From assembly GCA_016190815.1 (NCBI GenBank), contig JACPPT010000063.1:2370-66369 (forward strand): a stretch of 64,000 nt of DNA. The letters run 5' to 3'. The stretch comes from Chloroflexota bacterium (GTDB taxonomy: Bacteria; Chloroflexota; Dehalococcoidia; JACPPT01). This document shows, in pieces, positions 55,232 through 64,000 of this stretch. Position numbers and translations under genes: made by a program. Position 1 is the stretch's first letter. The number at the start of each line of letters is the position of its first letter. The notes beneath the pieces are model-generated. The model saw nothing but the letters and a program-made list of their open reading frames with translations. It had not been told where the DNA came from and made no database searches.

Positions 55232-56515
55232 GTGCAAAGGGAAATTCACTCCCCCAAGACCCTCAGGGGTGAAGTCACCCCACCAGGGGACAAATCTGTA
55301 TCCCATAGAGCGGCCATCCTGAACGCCATCGCCTATGGAGAAGCTCGGGTCACCAACTTTTCTCCTGGGGCAGACTGCCAGTCCACCCTAACTTGCCTGA
55401 AAGCCCTCGGGGTGGAAATAAAGGAGATGCCATCCCACCTGAGGATAGTAGGCAAGGGGAAAGAAGGGCTTAGAGAGCCAGACAACGTTCTGGATGCAGG
55501 CAATAGCGGCACAACCATGCGCCTGCTTACGGGAGTTCTGGCTGCCCTACCCTTCCTGAGCATCATAACGGGCGATAGCTCCCTGCGCTCCAGGCCTATG
55601 GGCCGACTGATACATCCCCTTCGCTTAATGGGCGCAACCATATGGGGACGAGGCAGCGACACCCTAGCGCCTCTGGCCGTAAAGGGCGGGGAGCTCAAAG
55701 GGATAGAGTATCGTCTCCCCGTGGCCAGCGCCCAGCTCAAGTCGGCCCTCCTTATTGCAGGTATCTTCGCCAGAGGGCAAACCATGCTGGAGGAGCCTGC
55801 GCCCTCCAGAGACCATACCGAGCGCATGCTAAGGGCTATGGGGGTGAAGCTCGAAGCCCATGGCTCCATGATCGTCCTTTCCCCAGGCACCCTTTCAGCC
55901 ATGGACGTTCAGGTGCCTGGGGACATAAGCTCCGCAGCCTTCTGGCTTGTGGCAGGAGTAATTCATCCCAACTCCAGGATCAAGGTTAAGGGTGTAGGCA
56001 TCAATCCCACCCGAACAGGCATTATCGACGTCCTCAGGGCTATGGGAGGGAAGCTACAGTTCGAGAACACCAGAGAGGTCGGTGGGGAACCGATGGCTGA
56101 CATCACAGTAGAGTCCAGCGAACTTGTGGGAGCCGAAATAGGCGGAGCACTCATCCCCAGAGTCATCGACGAAATCCCAGTCATCGCTGTAGCGGCAGCT
56201 CTGGCTAGCGGTAAGACCGTGGTGCGGGACGCTGCGGAGTTGCGCGCCAAGGAGTCTGACAGGATAGGCACTGTAGTAAAAGAGCTTTCAAAATTCGGGG
56301 CTAAGGTAGAAGAGTTGCCCGATGGTATGATCATTCACGGCGGCAACCATCTCAAGGCAGCCGTCTGCCATAGCCACCTTGACCACCGCCTCGCCATGAG
56401 CCTGGCCGTTGGGGGTATGGTCAGCAAGGGCAGGACTGTTGTCGCGGGCGCCGAGGCAGTCGATATATCCTATCCCGGCTTCTGGAGCGATTTCGAGAGG
56501 CTAAGCGCAGGCTGA
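55232..56515 (+). CDS. aroA: 3-phosphoshikimate 1-carboxyvinyltransferase (EPSP synthase)
   Basis: PGDKSVSHRA, NSGTTMRLL and LRAKESDRI motifs. Confidence 0.95.
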   Translation: MQREIHSPKTLRGEVTPPGDKSVSHRAAILNAIAYGEARVTNFSPGADCQSTLTCLKALGVEIKEMPSHLRIVGKGKEGLREPDNVLDAGNSGTTMRLLTGVLAALPFLSIITGDSSLRSRPMGRLIHPLRLMGATIWGRGSDTLAPLAVKGGELKGIEYRLPVASAQLKSALLIAGIFARGQTMLEEPAPSRDHTERMLRAMGVKLEAHGSMIVLSPGTLSAMDVQVPGDISSAAFWLVAGVIHPNSRIKVKGVGINPTRTGIIDVLRAMGGKLQFENTREVGGEPMADITVESSELVGAEIGGALIPRVIDEIPVIAVAAALASGKTVVRDAAELRAKESDRIGTVVKELSKFGAKVEELPDGMIIHGGNHLKAAVCHSHLDHRLAMSLAVGGMVSKGRTVVAGAEAVDISYPGFWSDFERLSAG

Positions 56516-56535
56516 TTCACAGAACGGGGGCACGC

Positions 56536-56820
56536 ATGGACACCGAGTTAATTCACATAGGATTTGGAAACGTGATAGCGATAAACAGGATTATCGCCAT
56601 CGTCTCACCTAGCTCCGCTCCAACCAAGCGGTTGGTCACGGAAGCGAAGGATAAGGGATTGATCATAGATATGACCAGCGGCAGGAGGACAAAGGCAGTA
56701 CTCATTACAGACGATGGTCATCTGGTTCTCGCAGCCATCTCACCGGAGACCGTAGCCGGGAGGGTAGCCGCAAGCCGGGGAACACCTGACAGGTCTGGAC
56801 AAATCGAGGTACAAAGGTGA
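56536..56820 (+). CDS. remA: DUF370/RemA family protein
   Basis: IHIGFGNVIAINRIIAIVSPSSAPTKRL...GRRTKAVLITD is the RemA/YlzA pattern. Lies upstream of gmk, as in many genomes. Confidence 0.85.
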   Translation: MDTELIHIGFGNVIAINRIIAIVSPSSAPTKRLVTEAKDKGLIIDMTSGRRTKAVLITDDGHLVLAAISPETVAGRVAASRGTPDRSGQIEVQR

Positions 56821-57449
56821 GCAATCCCGAGCTCTCCCTCCAGCCCTCACTTCCAGCGCCATGGCTCTTTGTTCTATCGGGACCATCGGGGGTTGGAAAG
56901 GATGCAGTCCTATCTCGAATGAAAAGATTGAACCTTCCAATACATTTTGCTGTTACCGCCACCACACGTCCCAGACGCTCCAGAGAAAGGGATGGGATCG
57001 ATTACCACTTCCTAGCACAAGACGAGTTCCAGAAAATGGCGGAGAGGGGCGAGTTCCTGGAGAAGGCCCAGGTCTATGGCCACTGGTATGGAGTCCCGAA
57101 GGCTCAGATCAGGGAAGCCTTTCGCAAGGGGTTGGATGTCTTTATCAGGGTAGACGTGCAGGGTGCCGCCACCATCAAAAGTATAGCCCCGGAAGGGGTT
57201 TTCATCTTCCTTGCGCCCTTTTCTCTGGAGGAGCTCAGGCAAAGGCTGGAGAAGCGCAACACGGAGAGTCAAAAGGACCTGGCTTTGCGCCTTCAAATGG
57301 CCCAGGACGAGATAAGCAAGCTCCCAATTTTCGACTACGTGGTCGTGAACCGCCAGGGCAAATTGTGGGAAACGGTCACCCAGATTCAGGCCATCATCAC
57401 TGCGGAGAAGTGCAGAGCCAACCCCAGAAGGGTAACGCTGCCCCCATAG
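56817..57449 (+). CDS. gmk: guanylate kinase
   Basis: LSGPSGVGKD P-loop and TTRPRR..E.DG.DYHF motif. Confidence 0.93.
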   Translation: MSNPELSLQPSLPAPWLFVLSGPSGVGKDAVLSRMKRLNLPIHFAVTATTRPRRSRERDGIDYHFLAQDEFQKMAERGEFLEKAQVYGHWYGVPKAQIREAFRKGLDVFIRVDVQGAATIKSIAPEGVFIFLAPFSLEELRQRLEKRNTESQKDLALRLQMAQDEISKLPIFDYVVVNRQGKLWETVTQIQAIITAEKCRANPRRVTLPP

Positions 57450-57575
57450 AGTATCCTCCTGTTAGGTACATGCAACGCCATTGTCCCCTCCTACCCCGGA
57501 GCGCGACTTGTTTCCACCTACTACACGCTCTGTGCCCTAGTCTATATCATACTCTGCCCAGGGCAACTTTTGAAA

Positions 57576-58358
57576 TCAGTTCTTATTATATCTGTACTCG
57601 GCGGTATTGTTGCTCTCGTCTGATTCCGTGATCTGGTTCGCGGGATCGATAGTTACCTTGATGGCGCACTCGGGGCTGTAGCATGAGAAAGAGGACAGTC
57701 CTCCCTGGTATAGGTAGTACCAGATTGACCCAGCCAGCGGAGGGGTAAAGCGGATGACATCAGCGGGGCGCCCTGAGAAGACCAGCATGATATCGAAGGA
57801 ATCGAAGGGGCCTACGCGGGCACCCGAGTTTATGACAACGATGTCCAACTCGAGCTGCCAGCGGGAATTTTGGTTGTTCCAGGATTCCCTGGGAGGATTG
57901 GGAAGTTGAAGGGTTAGGTCCGGCAAACTCGGCGGTGTCGGCGTAGGTGTCATCGTGGGGGTAGGTGTGGGTCGAGGCGTCGCTGTCGATGTAGGCGTTG
58001 GCGTGGGTTGAGGTGTTGGTATCTGCGTTGGTGTTGGCGTAGGCGTAGGTATGAGGGTCGTGATAGGCGGCCGAGGGGTTAGCGTGGAAGTCAAGGTGGT
58101 GACAGGAGTAGCACCTGCGCTAAATGTCGGTGTGGGAAGATCGGTGGACGGAGGTTCAGTGAATGATGCCAGCGGGATAGGGGCTGGCGATGAACTTATG
58201 AACGGCCACAGTCCCTCCGTAGCGGCTGCAGCGAGATACACACTTGTGGCTACACCAAGAATCGCACCAAGCCCAGCCCAACCCCGCCAAGAAAGAAGAC
58301 TGCTCAAGAACTTGGCCCACCGGAAGACCATCCGGGTCAGCTTGCTTAGAGCCGCCAC
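57576..58358 (-). CDS. membrane-anchored protein: TM, Pro/Thr linker, CARDB-like domain
   Basis: N-terminal TM helix and a ~90-aa PT-rich linker. C-terminal domain ends in ..VTIDPANQITESDESNN, a CARDB hallmark. Confidence 0.65.
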   Translation of the reverse strand: MAALSKLTRMVFRWAKFLSSLLSWRGWAGLGAILGVATSVYLAAAATEGLWPFISSSPAPIPLASFTEPPSTDLPTPTFSAGATPVTTLTSTLTPRPPITTLIPTPTPTPTQIPTPQPTPTPTSTATPRPTPTPTMTPTPTPPSLPDLTLQLPNPPRESWNNQNSRWQLELDIVVINSGARVGPFDSFDIMLVFSGRPADVIRFTPPLAGSIWYYLYQGGLSSFSCYSPECAIKVTIDPANQITESDESNNTAEYRYNKN

Positions 58359-58436
58359 GATTGTCTCCCCCAGTCAGGCATCTGAATCCTCCATACAAAG
58401 GGCCAAAACAATCTTAGAGATTACTTAAACTCCCCT

Positions 58437-60092
58437 CTATACCTCCCTTATGGCATCGAACTGTTTGGGATAGGTGATTGGGTTTATCTTAGCCTCGATT
58501 AATGAGAGGACATCAGACTTGTAGGCCTTCTCCAGGGCCTTCTCCAGCTCCTTTTCCGTTGACACCGAAAAGCCCTGAGCTCCAAAGGCATCGGCAAGCT
58601 TTACATAGTCTGGCCCTCGGAAATCCACACCCACAGGTGCCAGCCCTCTTTTTAGCTGTTTGACCTTGATCTGACTCCCTGTACGATCTGCGAAGACCAC
58701 AATGACGGCCGCCGTACCCAGGTCCACACCCACCTCCAGCTCCTGGGCCCTCATGAGGAAGCCCGCATCTCCCGTGAGGCATATGACAGGCCTTTCCGGC
58801 ATGAGAAGCTTTGCTGCCAGGGCCGCCGGGAAACCAAAACCCATGGTTGCCAGGCCGTTGGAAGTAAGCATGCCCATGGGGTGATAGGTAGTCCAGAGCT
58901 GAGTGGTTATAAGCCTGCTGGAGCCAACGTCTGTGGTGAGTACCCCGTCCTTGGGCGTTGCCTCCCTGCATATCTCCACAACCCTCTGAGGCGCAAGGCC
59001 ATCGCAGGGTACATCCATGGCCTTCCTGACCTTATTCCTCTGGGCTATTATGATCTCGGTGTCCCACTTCTCCTGCTGTGGGAGGGAGTCGGTAAGCATG
59101 GAGAGGATCTCGCCTATGTTCCCCACCAGCTCCATCTCTGCATGGTAGATCTCGTCGGTGTTGGGGACTCTGTGTATGTGAATGATGGGTTGCTTGTATT
59201 TCCAGGGCTTCGGAAGGGCATCCACGCAATCGAAGCCCACGAGGATGAGAAGGTCGGAACGGTTGACCAGGTCTGCCTCTATGACGCCTCCTATGTAGGC
59301 GCCCGCAGCGTAGGGGTGGTCCTCCGGTATAGCCCCTTTCACCTTGGGGCCGGTAAGCACGGGCACGCCAATTCTCTCAGCGAAAAGCCTGAGCTCTTCA
59401 AAGGCCCTATCCCAGTTAACGCCCATCCCCGCAATCACCAGAGGCGCCTGGGCTTTTTGGATTCGCTCCTTAGCCTTTGTCAGGCCATCAGGCTCATGGG
59501 AGTAAACCCTGGCAAAGGACTGATGCTTTATAGTAGAGGCAAGCTTCTTATCAGGAGCTGTAGAAAGAGGAACGTCGTCAACCAAATCCAGATGGACCGG
59601 CCCCGGCCTGCCATCCAGGGCAACCCGAAAGGCCCTGTGCAGGGTCTCATGCACCCAGCGGGAAGAAAGGGGTGCGCACCACTTGGTTACAGTCCTCATG
59701 ACATCAAAGGTGTTCATGGACTGTCGGCTGACCATCTCCGTCGTTTCATAGGCATACTGGTCAGAAAAGTGGATGAGGGGGGAGCGGTCGGAATAGGCGT
59801 AGGCTATTCCATTCATCATATTGGCGACGCCGGGGGCTATGGCAGATATGCATATCCCAGGCTTGCCCGTAAGCTCCCCGTAGACAGCGGCCATCATGGC
59901 TGCTGTAGTCTCGTGCTTTGTGAGGACAAACTCTATGTCCTTCTTAGATAGAGCATCCAGGAGGTCCAGGTCTGCTCTACCGCCCGGAATGCCAAACGTG
60001 TACTCAATGCCCTCGTTCTTGAGAAAACCGGCCGTAACCTCAGCAACAGTCGCCATAAAACCCCTCCTCTCTTGATTTGAATGCTGCACCAA
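58437..60092 (-). CDS. thiamine-pyrophosphate enzyme, acetolactate synthase large-subunit-like
   Basis: Three-domain TPP-enzyme layout with a GDAGF...N TPP-binding motif (LTGDAGFLM). No adjacent small subunit, so substrate is unassigned. Confidence 0.85.
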   Translation of the reverse strand: MVQHSNQERRGFMATVAEVTAGFLKNEGIEYTFGIPGGRADLDLLDALSKKDIEFVLTKHETTAAMMAAVYGELTGKPGICISAIAPGVANMMNGIAYAYSDRSPLIHFSDQYAYETTEMVSRQSMNTFDVMRTVTKWCAPLSSRWVHETLHRAFRVALDGRPGPVHLDLVDDVPLSTAPDKKLASTIKHQSFARVYSHEPDGLTKAKERIQKAQAPLVIAGMGVNWDRAFEELRLFAERIGVPVLTGPKVKGAIPEDHPYAAGAYIGGVIEADLVNRSDLLILVGFDCVDALPKPWKYKQPIIHIHRVPNTDEIYHAEMELVGNIGEILSMLTDSLPQQEKWDTEIIIAQRNKVRKAMDVPCDGLAPQRVVEICREATPKDGVLTTDVGSSRLITTQLWTTYHPMGMLTSNGLATMGFGFPAALAAKLLMPERPVICLTGDAGFLMRAQELEVGVDLGTAAVIVVFADRTGSQIKVKQLKRGLAPVGVDFRGPDYVKLADAFGAQGFSVSTEKELEKALEKAYKSDVLSLIEAKINPITYPKQFDAIREV

Positions 60093-60156
60093 ACCCTGGG
60101 GAAAAACCGCCTTTATTTTACATCAACAATATGCCGTGTCAAAAACGGATGCTTTT

Positions 60157-60254
60157 TGGCGGGAGCGGGAGGGAGTCGAACCCACCCTCCAATGCGAAGG
60201 CACCGGAGCAACGGATTTGAAGTCCGCGAAGCCCACCGGGACCCATCCGCTCCC
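60157..60254 (-). tRNA. selC: tRNA-Sec (UCA)
   Basis: 98 nt. Has an 8-bp acceptor stem GGGAGCGG/CCGCTCCC, a 6-bp D-stem with 4-nt loop, anticodon loop CTTCAAA, a 9-bp variable arm (CTCCGGTGC-CTTC-GCATTGGAG), discriminator G, and encoded CCA. Confidence 0.88.
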
Positions 60255-60276
60255 CTACTTAGAACTAGCTCAGGCC

Positions 60277-61206
60277 TCAATCCCAGGTGGTCTCAGATAT
60301 ATACCCCTCGGCGCTGAGGGCAGCGGTTGCGCCATCCCCTGCCGCCGAGACTAGCTGCCTGGCCGAGTGCTGCCTTACGTCGCCTGCCGCAAATATCCCG
60401 GCCACCTCCGTCTCCATCTGAAGGTTTACCTGGATATGCCCTCCATTATCCAAAGGCAGAAGCCCCTTGAGAAAATCAGTGTTGGGGTGAATACCTACGT
60501 ATATAAAGACACCCCCCACATCCAGGATCCGGCGCTCGTTGGTCTTTACGTTTCGAAGGTTGAGGGCCTTCACCTCACCGTCGCCCACAATGGACTCCAA
60601 GACTGTATCCCACACAAACTCCATTTTGGGGTTCGCAAAGGCACGCTCCTGGAGTATCTTGGAGGCCCTGAGCTGGTCCCTTCGGTGAATCACAAAAGCC
60701 TTGGTGACGAATTTAGTTAGAAAGAGGCCTTCGTCCAGGGCTGAATCACCACCACCAACAACGCCGACTATCTGGTTGTTGAAGAAGGCGCCGTCGCAGA
60801 CGGCACAATAGGATACACCTTTGCCCGCGAACTCATCCTCACCAGGCACGCCCAGACGCCTGTGTTCCGAGCCGCTGGCCACTATGACAGCTTTGCAGAT
60901 GAAATCACCGTCCGAGGTCTTCACCCGCCTGTATTTCCCATCTAGCTCGAGGCCTTCCACCTCCACAAACTCGGTCTCCATGCCGAATTTGGTGGCCTGC
61001 TCGTGCATTTTCATCCCAAGTTCAACCCCGGTGGCCCCCTCCGGGAAGGCGGGATAGTTCTCCACACGGTCTGTAAGGGCTATCTGCCCTCCAATCATAC
61101 CTTTATCTAAGAGGACCGTCTTCAGGCGTGCCCGAGAGGCGTATAAGCCTGCGGTGAGCCCGGCCGCCCCTCCCCCAATTATTACAAGGTCATAGGTCTT
61201 TTCCAC
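60277..61206 (-). CDS. trxB: thioredoxin-disulfide reductase
   Basis: GGGAAG FAD motif, redox CAVCDG, and GGGDSA NADPH motif. Confidence 0.93.
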   Translation of the reverse strand: MEKTYDLVIIGGGAAGLTAGLYASRARLKTVLLDKGMIGGQIALTDRVENYPAFPEGATGVELGMKMHEQATKFGMETEFVEVEGLELDGKYRRVKTSDGDFICKAVIVASGSEHRRLGVPGEDEFAGKGVSYCAVCDGAFFNNQIVGVVGGGDSALDEGLFLTKFVTKAFVIHRRDQLRASKILQERAFANPKMEFVWDTVLESIVGDGEVKALNLRNVKTNERRILDVGGVFIYVGIHPNTDFLKGLLPLDNGGHIQVNLQMETEVAGIFAAGDVRQHSARQLVSAAGDGATAALSAEGYISETTWD

Positions 61207-61230
61207 ACCTGTACCTCCACAAAAGGTAAA

Positions 61231-61557
61231 TCAGACCAAAACGGCATCTAGACGCTTCTTAAGCACCTTCTTGGGGACGGCTCCGACTATCTGGTCCATG
61301 GGATTTCCGTCCCTGAAGAAAATAAGGGTCGGTATGCTGCGAACGCCGTATTCTATAGCAAGCCGGGGGTTTTCATACACGTTTACCCTCGCAAAGGTTA
61401 GCTTGCCCTCATATTCACCCACCAGCTGATTGATTGCTACGTCTAAAACGCGACATGGAGCACAATCAGGCCCCCAGAAGTCAACTAGAACCGGGGTCTG
61501 GGCTTTAAGAACTTTCTCATCAAAGCTCCCGTCGCCCACTTCAAAAGGTCCTGCCAT
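61231..61557 (-). CDS. trxA: thioredoxin
   Basis: VLVDFWGPDCAPC active site (a CAPC variant of CGPC) and the cis-Pro context SIPTLIFF. Confidence 0.9.
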   Translation of the reverse strand: MAGPFEVGDGSFDEKVLKAQTPVLVDFWGPDCAPCRVLDVAINQLVGEYEGKLTFARVNVYENPRLAIEYGVRSIPTLIFFRDGNPMDQIVGAVPKKVLKKRLDAVLV

Positions 61558-62645
61558 ACGAAACCTCCCTTGACTTTTTCTCTCCGCAGTTTCCTTATGC
61601 GTCGTGGAAATATAATCCTTCGAGGATGTGTTGTGTGAGGAAGGCTCATAGCCTCCAAAACACCCTCCTCCACAACCCGAGCGGCCTGCGCCACAGCGTT
61701 CTTTATAGCTTTAGCATCGCTACGGCCGTGAGCCATGATAACATTCCCCTTAACTCCCAGGAGCGGAACTCCACCGTACTCCCTGTAGTCCCAGGTCTTG
61801 GCGACAGAGGAAAGGGGAGGACCCCAGAATAGCATAGTTGCCTTGGAAGAGATATTCCCATCCAGAGCCTTCTTCATAGACTGGAAAAGGGCTTCTCCCA
61901 GCCCCTCAACAGTTTTCATAACCACATTTCCAGTAAACCCATCGACCACCACCACGTCGGCTTTGCCCGAAAAGATGTCTTTCCCTTCGACATTTCCAGT
62001 GAAGTTGAGCGGCGAGGCCTTAAGGAGCTTATGAGCCTTCTGAGTAAAATTGTTGCCTTTGCCGTCCTCCTCCCCATTGCTCAAAAGGCCAACCTTTGGA
62101 TTCTCTATGCCGTAAACCCTTGACATATAAGTGCTTCCCATTTGAGCGAACTGGACTAGAAACCTGGGTTTGCAGTCCGAATTGGCCCCTACATCCAGTA
62201 AAACGGCTGTTCCAGTAGCTGTGGGGAATAATGCAGCTATGGCGGGGCGCTCCACCCCCTCTAACGTCCCAAGGGTGAAAAGCGCCGTAGTCATGATAGC
62301 TCCGGTGTTTCCAGCGGAAACAAAGGCCGAAATCTCTCCCCGTTTTAGGAGTTCCATCCCTACCGCTATAGATGAATTTCGCTTGCCCCGCAAAGCTGCC
62401 ATGGGTTTCTCGTCCATTCCCACTGCCTCAGCGGCGTTGACGATGGCGAAGTCAAGACCCCCGTGCTCGAGCTTTTCCAGCTCCGCTTCAATGACAACCT
62501 TATTCCCCACAAGCACGAGCTTTACATCCTGCTCTCCCAAGGCCTCTATGCCACCCTTTACAATTTCCCCGGGCGCCTTGTCTCCGCCCATTATGTCCAA
62601 TCCCACCGCTACCTTCTCTGTCACCAACAACCTCCGAAACTTCAA
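61485..62645 (-). CDS. plsX: phosphate acyltransferase PlsX (with ~55-aa basic C-terminal extension)
   Basis: VAVGLDIMGGDKAP start motif and GFTGNVVMK motif. The ORF runs 73 nt into trxA in another frame. Confidence 0.88.
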   Translation of the reverse strand: MKFRRLLVTEKVAVGLDIMGGDKAPGEIVKGGIEALGEQDVKLVLVGNKVVIEAELEKLEHGGLDFAIVNAAEAVGMDEKPMAALRGKRNSSIAVGMELLKRGEISAFVSAGNTGAIMTTALFTLGTLEGVERPAIAALFPTATGTAVLLDVGANSDCKPRFLVQFAQMGSTYMSRVYGIENPKVGLLSNGEEDGKGNNFTQKAHKLLKASPLNFTGNVEGKDIFSGKADVVVVDGFTGNVVMKTVEGLGEALFQSMKKALDGNISSKATMLFWGPPLSSVAKTWDYREYGGVPLLGVKGNVIMAHGRSDAKAIKNAVAQAARVVEEGVLEAMSLPHTTHPRRIIFPRRIRKLRREKVKGGFVWQDLLKWATGALMRKFLKPRPRF

Positions 62646-62738
62646 GGCTACTGAATTTCATTTATACATTTTTCCGACGTCGGCGTCAATCTCTCCACCA
62701 GACCTCGTCCTCCCCAGCAATAGAAAAGGCCAGAAATC

Positions 62739-63398
62739 TTATAAAAGCCCCACAAGGCTCATCAAAGCACCACTGAGAATAGGGATTGTAACATTATCGT
62801 CTATGGGTATGGGCAGGACCTCTATCAAAGCCCCAAAGACTGCACCTGATACCACCACGGGAAAGCGCACCCCCAGAGAAATCAAGCCCACGGCGAGACC
62901 TATGGCGATGGATGTGGCAAAAAAAGCTAAGGCCCCCTCCAGGCTTTTTTTGAACACCCTATGTTTGCCGAACCTTTGCCCAACCAGGGCCGCCACAGGG
63001 TCTCCCAGGGACAGAAAGAAGAGGGAGAGAATGGCCACTTCTTTGTCGAAAACCAGAAAGGCCAGAAAGGAGGAGAGAGCCAGATAGGTTGCACCCGTCA
63101 CCTGAGAAAACTCCTTTTCTTTAAGAAGAATCCTCAGAAACCTTATAAACCATCGGTTGAAGGTTGGAGAAACAAATCTCACAAGCTCTGCCAGAACCAT
63201 AACGGCTGCCAAAACCGCCAGCAGAGTCAGTATGAGCATTTCGGGTAGAAATATGGCCAGGGTGGGGAAAACAGAGCCGGCCACAATATGAAAAAGCCTG
63301 CGCCCCAGGGTGCCCTCTTTTTGCTGCACTGCTGATTCTCCTGCCTTCATGACCTGCCACTCAGCTAAAGGGTAAATCCAATGTAAAAAGATGTGCAT
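62739..63398 (-). CDS. CTP-dependent polyprenol/diacylglycerol kinase family (SEC59/DGK1/VTE5-like) membrane protein
   Basis: Multi-TM protein with SLGDPVAALVGQRFGKH and KSLEGALAFF motifs typical of the cytidylyltransferase-like kinase family. Start uncertain. Confidence 0.65.
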   Translation of the reverse strand: MHIFLHWIYPLAEWQVMKAGESAVQQKEGTLGRRLFHIVAGSVFPTLAIFLPEMLILTLLAVLAAVMVLAELVRFVSPTFNRWFIRFLRILLKEKEFSQVTGATYLALSSFLAFLVFDKEVAILSLFFLSLGDPVAALVGQRFGKHRVFKKSLEGALAFFATSIAIGLAVGLISLGVRFPVVVSGAVFGALIEVLPIPIDDNVTIPILSGALMSLVGLL

Positions 63399-63399
63399 A

Positions 63400-63436
63400 A
63401 ATCAAAAGCCCGCAGAAAGAGCTTTTCTGCAGGCTG
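63400..63436 (-). terminator. rho-independent terminator after iscU
   Basis: On the minus strand: GCCTGCAGAAA-agctc-TTTCTGCGGGC, followed by TTTTGATTT. Confidence 0.6.
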
Positions 63437-63459
63437 CATATACGCAGAATATTTCCCTC

Positions 63460-63858
63460 CTATACTCCCGCAGAGGTAGTTTTTGCAGCCTTTTTCCTCT
63501 CATAGTCCTCCAGAGCGCTCTTGAGGGCGTCTGCGGCCAGAACGCTGCAATGCATCTTCACAGGGGGAAGACCACCCAGAGCCTCGGCGATCTGCCTGTT
63601 GGTCAGCTTTCTCGCCTCGTCTACAGGTTTGCCCTTGATCATCTCGGTAGCCATGCTACTGGTTGCTATGGCTGAGCCACAGCCAAAGGTCAGGAACTTA
63701 GCATCTGTTATCATGCCATCCTTTACTTTGATGAACATCTTCATTATATCCCCGCAGGCCGGGTTCCCCTCAATGCCTATGCCATCGGCATCCTCCATCT
63801 GGCCCACGTTGCGAGGGTTCATGAAATGGTCAATGACTTTTTCACTATACATTGACAT
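63460..63858 (-). CDS. iscU: Fe-S cluster assembly scaffold IscU/NifU-N
   Basis: GNPACGD, FGCGSAIATSS and KMHCSVLA cluster-ligand motifs. Confidence 0.92.
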   Translation of the reverse strand: MSMYSEKVIDHFMNPRNVGQMEDADGIGIEGNPACGDIMKMFIKVKDGMITDAKFLTFGCGSAIATSSMATEMIKGKPVDEARKLTNRQIAEALGGLPPVKMHCSVLAADALKSALEDYERKKAAKTTSAGV

Positions 63859-63880
63859 GCGCCCTGTGTCTCCTTATCGC

Positions 63881-64000
63881 CTATATGAGCTGAGCAGTCG
63901 TCGACATAGCCCTCAACTTCTCCACTATTCCTGGAAGTATGGAAAGCACGTAATCTATGTCCTCTTCTGTGTTGTCGTGCCCCACGGTAAGGCGCAGAGC
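63881..64000 (-). CDS. cysteine desulfurase (NifS/IscS), C-terminal 39 codons only
   Basis: Minus-strand translation [33 protein letters not shown].. matches the conserved C-terminus of class I desulfurases. The gene continues beyond the window. Confidence 0.8.
   Translation of the reverse strand, partial: ALRLTVGHDNTEEDIDYVLSILPGIVEKLRAMSTTAQLI

Noticed and set aside
58881-59951. 356-aa plus-strand ORF
   Set aside because: It is antisense to the TPP-enzyme gene. Its composition is typical of a shadow ORF in GC-rich coding DNA, and it has no motif.
62170-63087. 305-aa plus-strand ORF
   Set aside because: It runs antisense across plsX, the intergenic gap and the kinase-family gene. The product is Ser/Pro/Ala-rich and low-complexity.

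Overview
This 64-kb window is mostly a densely packed housekeeping segment of a bacterial chromosome. Recognisable genes include proC, pepA, gdh, mtaB, fabF, recJ, valS, secA, prs, purA, dapA-asd-dapB, pnp, rpsO, tyrA-aroA, remA-gmk, plsX-trxA-trxB and iscU-iscS. Long Pro/Thr linkers, remA, degV and polX suggest a Chloroflexota- or Firmicutes-like lineage, but that is inference only. All calls rest on reading the ORF translations and DNA by eye; no BLAST, HMM or RNA folding was run. Many starts in the ORF track look too far upstream, so I re-set them at the best SD-like sequence plus start codon. Those starts are less certain than the stops.

Main findings:
1. A DsbA/FrnE-family thiol oxidoreductase has an in-frame TGA at 15856-15858, exactly where the first Cys of the CxxC motif belongs. 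The ORF track therefore shows only its C-terminal 153 aa. A textbook tRNA-Sec (UCA anticodon, 8-bp acceptor stem, long variable arm) lies at 60157-60254 on the minus strand. Together these predict a selenoprotein.
2. An HMG-CoA-synthase-like protein appears to have its Glu, Cys and His catalytic positions all substituted. It is fused to a DUF35 Zn-ribbon/OB-fold domain. It sits in an operon with an SCP-x-type thiolase, Hbd and an unknown membrane protein.
3. There are several families of short intergenic repeats. They include a ~98-bp MITE-like element with terminal inverted repeats (3 copies plus a fragment). One copy sits inside the valS promoter, flanked by a 26-bp duplication.
4. A small accessory islet at about 22.0-24.9 kb holds a mazEF-type cassette bracketed by 71-bp direct repeats, a G9 tract in a promoter spacer, a TM2 gene, a structured ORF-free gap and ACR3.
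5. A self-contained 14-codon micro-ORF unit lies at 11.94-12.19 kb.

No rRNA, CRISPR array, transposase or phage genes were seen.
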